Assembly (NCBI GenBank): GCA_026770705.1
Contig: JANJGN010000026.1
Location: 36,456,001-36,520,000, forward strand
From: Isurus oxyrinchus
Lineage: Eukaryota
Length of the DNA stretch: 64,000 bases
Direction of reading: 5' to 3'
The notes beneath the pieces are model-generated. The model worked only from the letters and a program-made list of their open reading frames with translations, had not been told where the DNA came from and searched no databases. Of this stretch, positions 13,771 to 25,100 are shown piece by piece. The position numbers were made by a program, and so were the translations under genes. Each line of letters starts with the position of its first letter. Within the stretch, counting starts at the first letter, position 1.

Positions 13771-13886
13771 CTATCATCTGAATTATATCTACATCAATAT
13801 AACACTGTCTGTGAACTATTGCTGTCAGTTCAGTTCAATTGAAGTAATACTCTCTGATTTCCTCTTCCTTTGACCGTGTGTTCCAG

Positions 13887-14178
13887 ATCTGAGCGATGGA
13901 GATTCTGTTACTCAGCGCGAATCCTCGCTCACACAGGCAGAGCGAGAAGATGTCGCTTTAACCTGCATCTTTACTGGCGATGGTTATTACTTATCCTGGT
14001 GCTGTCAATACCCAGACAGACAGCCCGAGTTTGCACTCCAGAGACACATGGGCGGTGATTCTGAATTTGCTTAGAGCCGGTTTTCTGATACATTCCAGCA
14101 GACAGACAGATTGTACCGATTGACCTTCTCGGAGCTGCGGCTGTCTGACACCGCAGTATATTACTGTGCACTGAGTCT
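13887..14178 (+). pseudogene. TCR alpha/delta V pseudogene (paralog of 60803-61100)
   Basis: AG acceptor at 13885-86. Reads DSVTQRESSLTQAEREDVALTC...SWCCQYP...LSDTAVYYCALS with an in-frame TAG at 14072-74. Degenerate RSS CATAGCG-12-TCAATAACT. No leader found. Confidence 0.9.
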
Positions 14179-14661
14179 CATAGCGATTGTTCCTCGTTCA
14201 ATAACTGCTGCAGCTTTCTGGGTTACAGCTTCTCTCTGTTGAGGGCTGTTTACCACAGCGGGTCAGACACTGTCACGTGAATCCATTCCTACTAGCAATA
14301 AAACAAGCACAAGAACAAGTACAACAAAAACTGCATCTGAAATCGGTCCCTTTGATTGCTGACCCTCTTCCTGATGATTGCATTAACGTTATGGGGGCTG
14401 AATTGGCTGCTCGCCATTCCCCATTTCCCAAAACTATCTCCAGACCCTTTGCTGGAACCGTTCTACTAGTTTAGCTTCAGAGGCAGTTCGTGGCAAACAG
14501 AAAAGGAATAATTGTTCTGAAACATCAGTCTGCAGTGGAAACAGCAGTACTCCAAGCTATAAGGGCGTAATAATTATATGAACCAGTAAATGTTCCTAAA
14601 TGTAAAAGAAATTTGGACATATTAAAACAGAGCATGTGTAATCTGAGCAGTTCCTGAAAGT

Positions 14662-15121
14662 GTGCTGCCATCTTGCGGGAGAAATCAGAATTGTCCCCGT
14701 CATTGTTTCCTTCAGTTCAGAGAACTGTTGTTCAGGAATTATCTTCCGAAGACACTCAAAGGGCACAAATCCCTACGGCAATCCTCATAAGCACCATCTA
14801 ATTACGTTCATGTTGAACAATGGCTCTCTCTTTGATGATTGCATGAACGGAATGAGGGCAGAATTGGCTGCTCCTTATTCCCATTAAGAAAACACACTCC
14901 CACCCGCTTTCCTGGTGCCAGTTCAGTTGGTTTCCCGCTTCTTCTGACATGGCTGCAATAATTGGTTGTTTCTACCGGCCTGCAGGGGAAGCAGAAGTCC
15001 GCCAGCTCGAGACGATTCGAATAATTTGATGAGCCTGTTTAAATGTCCCTCAGTGTTAAAGACTTTCGGACATATTGAAAAGAATTATCCGTTTCTGAGG
15101 TGTTGCTGCCACCTGGTGGAA
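14662..15121 (-). promoter_or_regulatory. Two CTCF-like motifs (14662-14680, 15103-15121) in a tandemly duplicated ~460-bp block
   Basis: The reverse complements TCCCGCAAGATGGCAGCAC and TTCCACCAGGTGGCAGCAA match the CTCF core consensus. Confidence 0.6.
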
Positions 15122-16892
15122 GCAATCAGAATGCCGCAGGCAATATTTTCTTCAATTCAGAGCGACTGCTTAGGAGTAATATTTCTAGGAGACTCAAAAG
15201 GTAAGTAAGATCGATTGTTGTAATTCTATATCGTGATAATACTATAGTTGCTGCACTAGGGTGTACCTCTTTTTATATCACATTACACTGAGTGGTCAGC
15301 ATTGATTGTTGCCTGAATATACAATGTGTGAAGGCGTAAGTTTGGTGAGTGAGGGTGTTCAGTGAAGATACAAATTAATTAATCAAAATAAATGTAATTC
15401 GCTCAATAAAGATGGCAGGAGAGGTGATGTGTCTCGGCTGCAGCATGTGTGAGCTACTGGCTTGCACTGCAATCCATGGCAACCACATAAGACCATAAGA
15501 CTTAGGAGCAGAAGTAGGCCATTCGGCCCATCGAGTCTAGGTCCGCCATTCAGTGAGATCATGGCTATTCTGATAATCCTCAACTCCACTTTCCTGTCTT
15601 TCCACTATCACCCATGATTCACTTACTTACTGTATTTCTCAACCTTGGATATATTTAACGACCTAGCCTCTTTGGTAAACAATTCCACAGATTGACGACC
15701 CTCTGAGAGAATAGATTCCTCCTCATCCCTATTTTAAGTGGGGGGCCCCATTACTCTGCGATTATGCCCACCCCCACCCCCCCCCCCCCCCCCCCCCCCC
15801 ATCCCACGTCCTAGGAAACCCTGTGCCACTCTGCGTAACATCTGTCGCTTGTAAAATGCTAGAGTCAATTATTAAGGAAGTAGTAACAACCTAACTAGTG
15901 TCTTACAAATGTTCAACATGACATGTACAACTCTTTTCCACAATGCCCCTATTAATAAAGCCTAAGATACTGTATGCTTTATTAACTGCTCTCTCAACAT
16001 GCTGTGCCATCTTCAATAGCTTATGTACATATATATACGCAGGTTCCTTTGTGCCTGCATCTCCTTTAGAGTTTGTCCCTTTATTTTATACTATTTCTCC
16101 ATATTCTTTCGGCCAAAATGAATTGCATCACACTTCTGTGGCATTGAACTTCTTCTGGCAAACCACCCACGTCTCTATGTCCTTCTGAAGTTCAAATCTA
16201 TCCCAAACAAAATTCACAAAGTTTCCAATCTTTGTATTATCTGCTAGTCTTGGAATTTATCTCAGAACAGCACAATCTAGTTTCTTACATCCAGGTCACC
16301 ATAAGAAGACAAGTGTTATTCGTGGGAGCGTTGCTGAGCTGGAAGTCAGTGAATAGAAGCAGCTCGAGCTGCGCTGCAGCCAGTGTCCTCATTGTGGGAA
16401 TAGTTCAGCTGCTAGAGACCGGGGTTGGGCATAAGAGTCCGGTACGTTCATTAGGGACTGTCTCGATGTCCTGGGCCCACATCCCACCTTTAACAAACAC
16501 CACCCAATACGAACTCATGCACCGACCTCCCGGTTCATCACTGTGGGGTAAGGAGGGCGGCAGTACAACTGGCAGAAAGAAAAGCTCCCTACCCCCAGCC
16601 CTGTACAACAGAGTATTGTGGGAGGGGATTTCACATCCGGATCACAATCCCAATGTAGAGTCAGAAAATTGCAGCCTCCTTTTATAAACCTGTCTCTTAT
16701 TCACAAAACATTTAGCCAGCGACCCGAGAACCGTGCGGCCCATCAATGATCTCAGCTAAGCTGCCCTTTGTAAATCAACTCGATCCCCTAAGGTGTTTCA
16801 GTCCAGCCCTGAAGTCCGGTCTCCCAGGGCAGTCCAGGGCTGCAGTCTCCAGCTCCCCGTCACATAAACCCCCAGCTCTAGGCAGCAGAGCG

Positions 16893-16935
16893 ATGGGAAT
16901 CCTCCTTGTTTTCACCCTGTGTGTCTGTATACCCC
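16893..16935 (+). CDS. Leader exon of NAR-TCR V
   Basis: ATG-MGILLVFTLCVCIP is hydrophobic. It is 43 nt (phase 1) with a GTGAGT donor at 16936, in frame with the V exon. Confidence 0.9.
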
Positions 16936-17083
16936 GTGAGTACCGATCAAACAAACCGACATTGTGTGGGTTTAATATAAAGCTGCTTGAGTCCATCCCA
17001 ATTACAGACAATGTCTGCGGGTTTAACCCCGCTCCGTGGTTCGGCTCTGATGGTCCATTACACTCTCTCTGTTTAATTTCCAG

Positions 17084-17371
17084 GCTCTTTCAGTCAGTCA
17101 GTGACACAGACCCCAGCAGCGGTGACCAGGAAGGAGTGTCAGTCTCTCACCATCACCTGTGCTTATTATGGTTATTATTATTTACAAAATGGACACTTCT
17201 TCAAACAAACCCAGACCGGGACAGAGTGGGAGCGGATCTCCAGCGGGGAGAGATTTGTTGTGTCGGTGAATAAAGCAGGAAAGACATTTTCACTGGAAAT
17301 TCGGGACATGAGAGTTGAAGACACCGCCAACTATTACTGTAAAGCTCAGTATAGATACAACATTGGTTAAT
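17084..17371 (+). CDS. NAR-TCR V segment (IgNAR-like V, lacks CDR2)
   Basis: AG at 17082-83. Reads SFSQSVTQTPAAVTRKECQSLTITC...GHFFKQTQTGTEWERISSGERF...DTANYYCKA. Short NAR-type FR2/CDR2 region and an extra FR1 Cys at 17137-39. Followed by a J and a leaderless V. Confidence 0.88.
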
Positions 17372-17399
17372 CACAGAGGAAAAGGCCTGAACAAATAGC
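17372..17399 (+). promoter_or_regulatory. RSS with 12-bp spacer after NAR-TCR V
   Basis: CACAGAG (17372-78), 12-nt spacer, ACAAATAGC (17391-99; 7/9 to consensus). No nonamer is present at the 23-nt position. Confidence 0.7.
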
Positions 17400-17713
17400 T
17401 CTGTACAATTAAAATATATATTCTCCGGGCCCAGATAGTGAATTGTCGGGTTGATGTTATCATCGCTGGAATCTGATTACGTTTTATTGTAATTTCCACC
17501 ATTCCATTATCTTTCTTTGATATTTGTCTCGGTTTATATGAAGCGAACATCTCGTTCCCTGGACCAGTTACTCAGCCCTCAGGGCCTCACAAAGCACAGT
17601 GTGAGCCAGCAGACATTTTGAAACATTGAATATTGTTTATTTTTTTCAATCCACTGAATATATGGCAGTTTCTACTGTCTGGTGATGATTTCCCGCCAGG
17701 TTGAGTTGTCGGT

Positions 17714-17752
17714 GGTTCTTGTGCCGGGGAGACTGAGAGCAGTGTTACTGTG
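17714..17752 (-). promoter_or_regulatory. 23-bp-spacer RSS of the NAR-TCR J
   Basis: GGTTCTTGT (17714-22), 23-nt spacer, TACTGTG (17746-52). Confidence 0.88.
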
Positions 17753-17805
17753 GTGGAAATATGATTCTGTGGATGGATCCGGTACGATGTTGACTGTCAT
17801 AGCCG
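17753..17805 (+). CDS. NAR-TCR J segment
   Basis: Reads WKYDSVDGSGTMLTVIA with a GxG-T-x-L-T-V J motif. Phase-1 GTAAGT donor at 17806 and an upstream RSS. Confidence 0.9.
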
Positions 17806-19054
17806 GTAAGTGACTCCAGCCACCCTCCCCCTCACACCTGTTGCGGCCTGTCCTAGCTAATGTTCACCCGCTGCTTTTTATTGTGATCAGTGTCAGTTCA
17901 GTCCCACGAAAAGGAAAACAGATGGTTTTCATAAGGAAACCTCTCTGTTGGCTTTTTCGATTTGGGGGCAGAATATTATTCAGGAGCCGGGTCGAATGTC
18001 TAGGTGAAACTATGTGTGAGATCTGTCGGACTAGGCGGTCAACGGGATCAGGGTGGGTGGAGGATGGAGTGTAAACATAGGCATCAATCAATTAGGCCGA
18101 ATGGCCTATTCCTCTTCTGCAGATTGTGTATAATGTAAAACCTTCGAGAATACTCCGCTCAGAGAACCAGGGACAGAATCAGTCAATGAGCGGAAAGAAT
18201 TGAAATTGTCAGAGAGCCGGAAGAGACAGCTCCCAGTGAGTAACAGGGAAACCACTGCGGAAACTGAACAGACTGATCCCAACCGACAACTGAGAGAGAT
18301 TGGGACAAGTTCCCACGATTGCAAAAAGCGCAAACAGCACATTAACGTAAAATAAAGTGAGAGTAACTGTAAATATTTCAAATTAAAAGGACACGGAGAA
18401 ATTTGGGCCCTCATGTTAGATGAATATAGAGAAACAGATCAAAAAGTTGATAGAAACTCCCGAGCAGTGGTCAACTCCAGCAAATGATTAACCTTTGACC
18501 ACCTATGTTCACTATCGGTTTGGCCCAATCAGTGCTGATGAATCTCATCAAGTTATTATGGATCTTGCTTTGATGCTAAACAGTTCGGTTAGTCTCGGGC
18601 AATCATTTTGGAAACTGATTGCTTCGCTGATAATAAAATGTTCCTTCTGGAAAAATAGAAACAGAAATGTAATATATATTACATGCTGCACTGCAGTTGA
18701 AATCCGGTCCATCCTGTCGGTGCTGCCCCTCTAAAAATGCAACCCAATTATCCCCACTACTCTCTTTCCCCGTAGCCCTGTGTTTTTCCATGTTCCAACA
18801 TTTATCCATTACTCGTTTGGAAAACACCCTTAACCAGTTTCACCGTCTGTTCAGACAATGCATGCCAAATAGTAAGAACTCGCTCTGAAACACAAAATAA
18901 CACCTCATCCTTTCACTGCTTCATATTTCAATAACAGTGAATGAAGTTAAAGCAGGTTATAAATTAAACAAACTCACCCAAAACCACAGCATCTACTGCG
19001 ATTAACAAGTTTCCCAGTCTCTAAATAGATTAAGATCAAATTTTTCTCCTGCAG

Positions 19055-19360
19055 ATTCCAGTTCCATTGTATCCCAGAATCCGCCTGTCCAAACCTCTGC
19101 TGTGGGTGACACCGTTACTTTAAGCTGTGAGTATTCAGGTGTCTGTCAGTACACAGTACACTGGTACCGTCAGTCCCCAGGACAGGCTCCGGATTACTTG
19201 CTTCAGAGACATGCTTCAGGAGAAGAGGATAAAGAAAACACTGTTGGGGGGAGAAGTTCTGCTTCTATCGATCCTGCCGAGAAAATCAGCCGGTTAAATA
19301 TCTCCAAACTACAACTGAGCGATTCCGCTGGGTATTACTGTGCACTGAGTCAGCGCACAG
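19055..19360 (+). CDS. Supporting TCR delta V of NAR-TCR (leaderless, CDR1 Cys)
   Basis: Polypyrimidine tract and AG at 19053-54, phase-compatible with the J donor. Open frame SIVSQNPP...LSCEYSGVCQYTVHWYRQ...DSAGYYCALS with an extra CDR1 Cys at 19144-46. No leader exon seen between J and V. Confidence 0.9.
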
Positions 19361-19457
19361 CACAGTGATACAGAGCACGGAGGGTGCCATACAAAAACCT
19401 GAACATGGAGGGATTAGACACAGTGATAAAGAGCAGGGAGAGAGCTGTACAAAACCT
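19361..19457 (+). promoter_or_regulatory. Two tandem 23-bp-spacer RSSs
   Basis: CACAGTG-23-ACAAAAACC (19361-19399, consensus) and CACAGTG-23-ACAAAACCT (19419-19457). Confidence 0.9.
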
Positions 19458-21884
19458 GAACATGGTGGGATTACAGACATACAATGACACAGAGTGCAGG
19501 GATATTGGGAACTCAAACATTATTCACGAACATTTTCTCAAAGGTTGTCCGCATTTTACCGCACAGGATAAAGTGCTTAAACTGATCAGGTCTGCATTTC
19601 CTTCTCGCTCCTCCCACCCTTGAATTTTCCTCTCTGCCCAATGCTCCTGTGAATATACTTCATGAAATTATTTCACATTCTCACACTCCATTATTTCCCA
19701 TGAATCGGTATTTTACCGATTCATAATAACTCAAGTGAGTTTATTGCCACCTTTTTCTACGGGGACCGGGAGATTTTTTTCTCTCTCTTGTTTGGTCCAG
19801 TCCGCCTTTTACCGATTGAGTTGATAAGAAGTCACCGCCTCCTGTGATTTCCTTGATTCTGCCTACGATCGGCTGAGAGATTCTCTCAACTCAACAGGAC
19901 ATTTACTGTCTGTTGGAACAAAAACTGGGGCACCTCTCGACTAGAAAGGATTTAGATCCAGACATGTAAGATAGCATCTCCCACAATTGAGCGTAGCTGG
20001 GAGTGGCCTCTATCTGTGACACGGACCGCTCTGCACTCGGGACAAACGGGCCACACATGCGGACTGGAACAACACAGCCTCTTACAATCGGCCTGTTCTA
20101 TTTCAATCAACCGCCGCAGCCGCGCAGCGGGTTACCGGGCTCAAACATGACGGAAATCAAGTTTTATGAAGCTGATCAATGATTTCCCCATAATGGATGA
20201 CGTCAAAATGCCTTCTATCAGTCACAACCCATGTTTCACCCAATCAACCAGGGCCAGGGGGTCGGGGACCGGTGGGTGGGGGAACAGCCGGGTGTGGGGC
20301 GCCTCCAGCTCAGCTGATAGCCTGGGCATAAGAATGGATGCTATTTGACTAAAGGATGTAATCAGGAGCGAAATGGTGCTGGGCAAATAAATTACAACTG
20401 TTTCAAAGTCTGGATTTAGCTCAGTTTAGGGCCCCATTGTTCATAATTGTTATTAGAACATGCCTGGAGGCCGGATGTTACGTCACTATCCGTGTTCTCC
20501 TCTGTCTCCCCTGAGCAATTAGAGCTGCTCCGTCTGGTCTCACTACCTTCTCCCATTCCTCACTTAGATCAAGGGGGCGCTAATAAGATGATTTTGACCA
20601 GGTTCTCTCTTTCACCTGGCGACTCCTGTAAAGGGTACAAAGATATGAAGTCGAGGTAACTCTTTTTAGGCGAGTCCCCCAGAAGAAGTCCAGAATAAGC
20701 GTTGTCCACAAGTTGTTCATGCCCTGACAAGGTGTCTCAGGGAGTCTCCCGATGTGGTTCACTTCACAGGTGCAGCAACAATGAGCATGAAAGGGTGACC
20801 CCCTGTCAGTGGCGAGCGTCCCTTTAAACTGCGCTTGCAATTAACACCAAGATCGTGTTTTTTCCCGATCACCTGGACTCTGTTGGAGAGTGCTTTACTT
20901 GAAGCATTTGCACCAATCGCTGTGCAGCATCTTTAAGTAAAGCGAGCAGGCATTTTTGCAGCCTCACTGCGGCTCCCAGCTCTGACTTCAACTTCTTTAT
21001 CGACATTACCTCGTGACCCCGAGTTCCATACTCCTCAGTCTGGAGAAACTTCCACCCAGTATCTGCCCTGTAAAGCCCCTGAAGAATACTATTTGTGTTC
21101 ATGAGATCACCTCTCATCCTCTTAAACTCTAGGGATTATAGGCCCGAGCTACTCAATCTCTTCCCATTGGACAATCCATTCATCTCAGGAATCAGCCTGA
21201 TGCACCTTTGCTGCACTCCTTCCAAAGCATCTTGATCTCTCTTCTGTAAGGACACCAAAAATTTACACAGTATTTCAGACTGGAGTCCATTTCAGTCCTC
21301 CCCTGCATAAAACTCACCCAGCATCCTGGGGTCGGATTGCACTTTGAAAGGCGGCCAGAGATCATCCAATCCTTTTCTCCCTTTGGACGAGCTATTTCTT
21401 GCTGGTTGTCAATGAACATGCCACCAGTTTCTAATGGTTCCCTTATGTTCATGTTCTCCTTTATAAGATTAATGCATCATCCTTATTCTCTCACTGCACT
21501 ATGTTGTTTCCATTAACATTAATCAGGGATACAGATAAATTACAGCAATCCCAACTCTCAACATCTGCTTTAAAATAGAGAGAAGTGTCTGCAGTTCCAA
21601 ACTTTCACGTTTCAGCCTGAGGGCTGAAAAGGAGGAGAGTGATTGGTTCTACGAAGACAATTGAAAGATATGGCGGGGACAATGTCACTAATTTCAGTCA
21701 TTGATTGTCCAATAATAAAATTCCATATTTACCCACATCAGGATCACTTATATCTGAAGTCCGTTGTGTCACTCTCCCGTTTTTCTCCCGGGTCAGGTAT
21801 TGAACAAGCCACTGCAGGTATCCAAACTTGCCGCAGTTGTGTTGAGTTTATTCACCTGGTGCCTCATTCACATTGTACGGCTTG

Positions 21885-22160
21885 AGAGACTTGCAGCTGT
21901 TAACCGTTTACACTGTTCAGTTTCTGAATTCCAAACAGAACGGTTAAACGAGTGGTTTCTGCAGTGCGGCTGCCGACAGCTCGAAGACCGTTGATCAGCG
22001 GAACCGGTTTTAGTCACGTTGAAATCACACAATGGGACAAAATTAAAACACAATTTGCTGGAATTCAGAAATTGAACCGGATTTTATAGAATGAGCTGTT
22101 GGCTCTCTCTCTCTCTCTCTCTTTGCCTGTCTATTTCTCCCTGCCTCTATATCTTTCCTT
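21885..22160 (+). repeat. ~280-bp non-coding element duplicated at 26452-26750, ending in a (CT)n tract
   Basis: Long shared blocks such as GCAGCTGTTAACCGTT and CACAATGGGACAAAATTAAAACACAATTTGCTGGAA. Confidence 0.85.
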
Positions 22161-25100
22161 CTTTCCCTGTCTCTGTCTGGGCCTCTCTCCCTTTGTCTAT
22201 TGCATTCTCCTTCCCTTTCTAAATTTCTGTCTTTGTTGTTGTGTCTCTCAGTTGTCTCTCGCAATCTCTCTCTCTCTCTCTCCCTCTCTCTCTCCCTCTC
22301 TCTCTCTTTCTCTCTCACCCCCTCCCGTCTCTCTCGCACACACACTTTCTGCTCTCTGCGTCAATCTTTGTCTCCATCCTGTGACTCTTTCTGAGTGTCT
22401 CGGCATATTTTCCTCCTTTTCTCTCCCTCATCTCTCACTTTCTCTCTTTCATTCTACTTTCCTTGGCTTTCATGCTCTACTTTCATTGGTTCCAATCGAA
22501 AGTGTCACTTTTCCCTTTTTTGTTCAGAATCCAAAATATTCGCAAACTTGACTTTCTGTCAATAAAACGTTTTAACTTTGGATGCAAATTTACAGCCGGA
22601 AAGCATCGGTTTCTGATTCTGGTGCTGTCAGAGGTGAAGATTCAGTGTTCACAAAATGAACTCCCACCATTCAGGTTATATGGCAGCCCAGCGATATTTT
22701 CCGTACAGTGCCTATATCGGTTTGTATCACTGAATATTCAGCACACAATAAAACATCCCACTGTCACTCAGTTCTATATCTGTCAGGATTAAACTGAAAA
22801 AACGATCTGATACCCGGAGTGTGGAATAGATTCGGCCGCCCACACGCTCTGCTTACTGCCCTCCCTCTGAATTCATTTTGATTTTCAGTGTCAGCGCCTT
22901 CTCATTTCTTTGGTGCCAGAAAAGATCATATCGGCGGCGACCTGTGGAGTTTCAACAGGGCAATACCATTCATCCTTTCTCCAAACATGATACTGATGAT
23001 GCAGGTTGCTTAATTGTATTTGAATAGTACAGACTTTCGAATAGTCAATGAACAGAAGACAAATGGATGTTTAGATACTGGAGACAACAATAAATCCTCG
23101 TTCCTTTCCTTCATCGCACCAACATTGTCTGAGGCCATTCAGCTCATCGTGTCAGTGTAGCCTCTTTGGCAGAGGCACCAAATTGTTCGCAATTCACTGT
23201 TCACCCTGCTTTGTCTTGCAAAGGTTTCCATTTCAAGTAGTTACCCAATTATGTTTTTGACATTTGTTATTGAAACTGCTTCCACCAACCTATCCGGCAG
23301 TGCATTCCACAACTCAACAACTTAGAGTGCAAATAAATGGCTGCTCAGGTTGCCTTTGATTCTTTTGCGAATTAATTCAAATCCAAGTTCTCTGATTACT
23401 GAGATTTCCGCCGGTGGATGCAACTTCCCTTATTTATTCAACTAAAACAGCTCATAATTGTTAATATCTCCATCGCAAGTCCTCTCAATCTTTTCTGTTC
23501 AACACAGAACAACCGCAGATTCTCAAGTCGCTCCACAAAGCTAAAGCCTCTCATCAGTTGAAGCTTCCTAATAAATCTCTCCCGCACCTTCTGCAAGACC
23601 GTCAAATCATTCATCAGGTGTGGTTCACATATTTATACACAACAGTCCAACTGAGAACTTAACAGCTTTCTAGAAATATTTAGCAAAGCATCCTAATCCT
23701 ATTGATAAAATCAAGAATTTAAAATCTTCTTTACAGCAGTCCCAGCCTCCACTACCAACTTCAAACGTTTGTGCACTTTGCAAAGTCTCCATCTCTCTGT
23801 TCCGACAGCGCCAATGAACTTGCATCATTATGTTCATATCGGATATCCTCATCACCTTCAGGCATGAAGAAAGTCAAACAGAGATAGGTGAGCAAAAAGT
23901 ATCTGGAGAGGTGCAGAAAGGCTAACTGCAAGATACAGAACCATATGTAGATAACTGTTGAATACCTTTATCAGAATGCACATCACTTAACTTGCTGGGA
24001 TTGGGGGGTCTGGTGGTTGGGGGTTCCAAACACTTACATATTGTGTGGAGTCAGGATGTCACATCGGAAAGACAGGGATAGTTTTTTTGTACGGGCCTCT
24101 CGTTGTCTGGTGACGTTCTGTTTCCTAGAACCTAGCTATCCACAGTGCTGTCAGACAACTTCGCCTAGTGAATGGTTAAATGGACCGTTCTTGCAGCTTT
24201 ATGTAAGGTAGCACATATCACATGCTTCCCAAAGATGTTTGTTATGACTTGGCAGGCCTGGATGTGTGCCAGACGGACCAAACCCACAAGGGAAAATTGG
24301 CCACGTTATCACAGTTTTGCAATTTGTTTTTATTCCGAGAAGTTTTGTGCACTGAATTCAGAAGTAATGAGCCTACTGGAACCTTTAGAGATTTTTTAAA
24401 AACCATATTTAAACATATATTAACAACAGGAAATATTTCAAGCACACACACATACGTTTAGAGTTGCTGAGTACTATAACAAATATCAAACTTTCTAATT
24501 TACCTGATTACAACCTGCACACACCTATTGGGGAAATATTCTAAAATAGATTTTAAATTAAAATAAATACAAGCAAGCAAGGTTAGCAAAGGACACACTC
24601 GACAGCAGAATTCCAAGGGCTTTTACCCAACTTTAGCTCCTCGACACAGTTGATGTTTGCTCACATGGTTAGAGGCTTCCCCAAAGCTATTTCACACACT
24701 CCTGTTAGATCTTACATACTTCCTGAAACATGGGCCCCATTACCTCAGTGGGTTGAATGATTGTGAATATCGGTGTCAAGCAGATGAAAGGCAGCATGTT
24801 ATCAGATTAAGAAACACACCAGCAACAGAGGCTCAGGCCCACAGCAAAAACTTCATAAATCCTGAACAATATGGTATTGGGCACAATCCACCCTCCGAGT
24901 GAACAGTGGAGTTACATGAGTCAGCCGCCTGAAAAATTCAAAGGAATTTAAATCTCTGCGATCCATGTGTGGAAATGGCAGCTTCGATGACAGGCTGACA
25001 GGTTGTTCGACATATGTCAATTTCCATTACCCCCCGAATCAACATCACTGAAGCAGATCACCAGGTCATTATCACGTTGTTCTTTGTGGGAGCTTGAGGT

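Noticed and set aside
16232-16687. 151-aa ORF upstream of the NAR leader
   Set aside because: No recognisable domain, non-ATG start and no splice context.
17595-17601. Perfect CACAGTG between NAR V and J as a D-segment RSS
   Set aside because: No nonamer at 12 or 23 nt on either side and no partner RSS delimiting a D.
17084-17805. Secreted IgNAR or IgH cluster
   Set aside because: No constant exons follow. The J is followed by a leaderless TCR V with the complementary Cys, which is the NAR-TCR layout.
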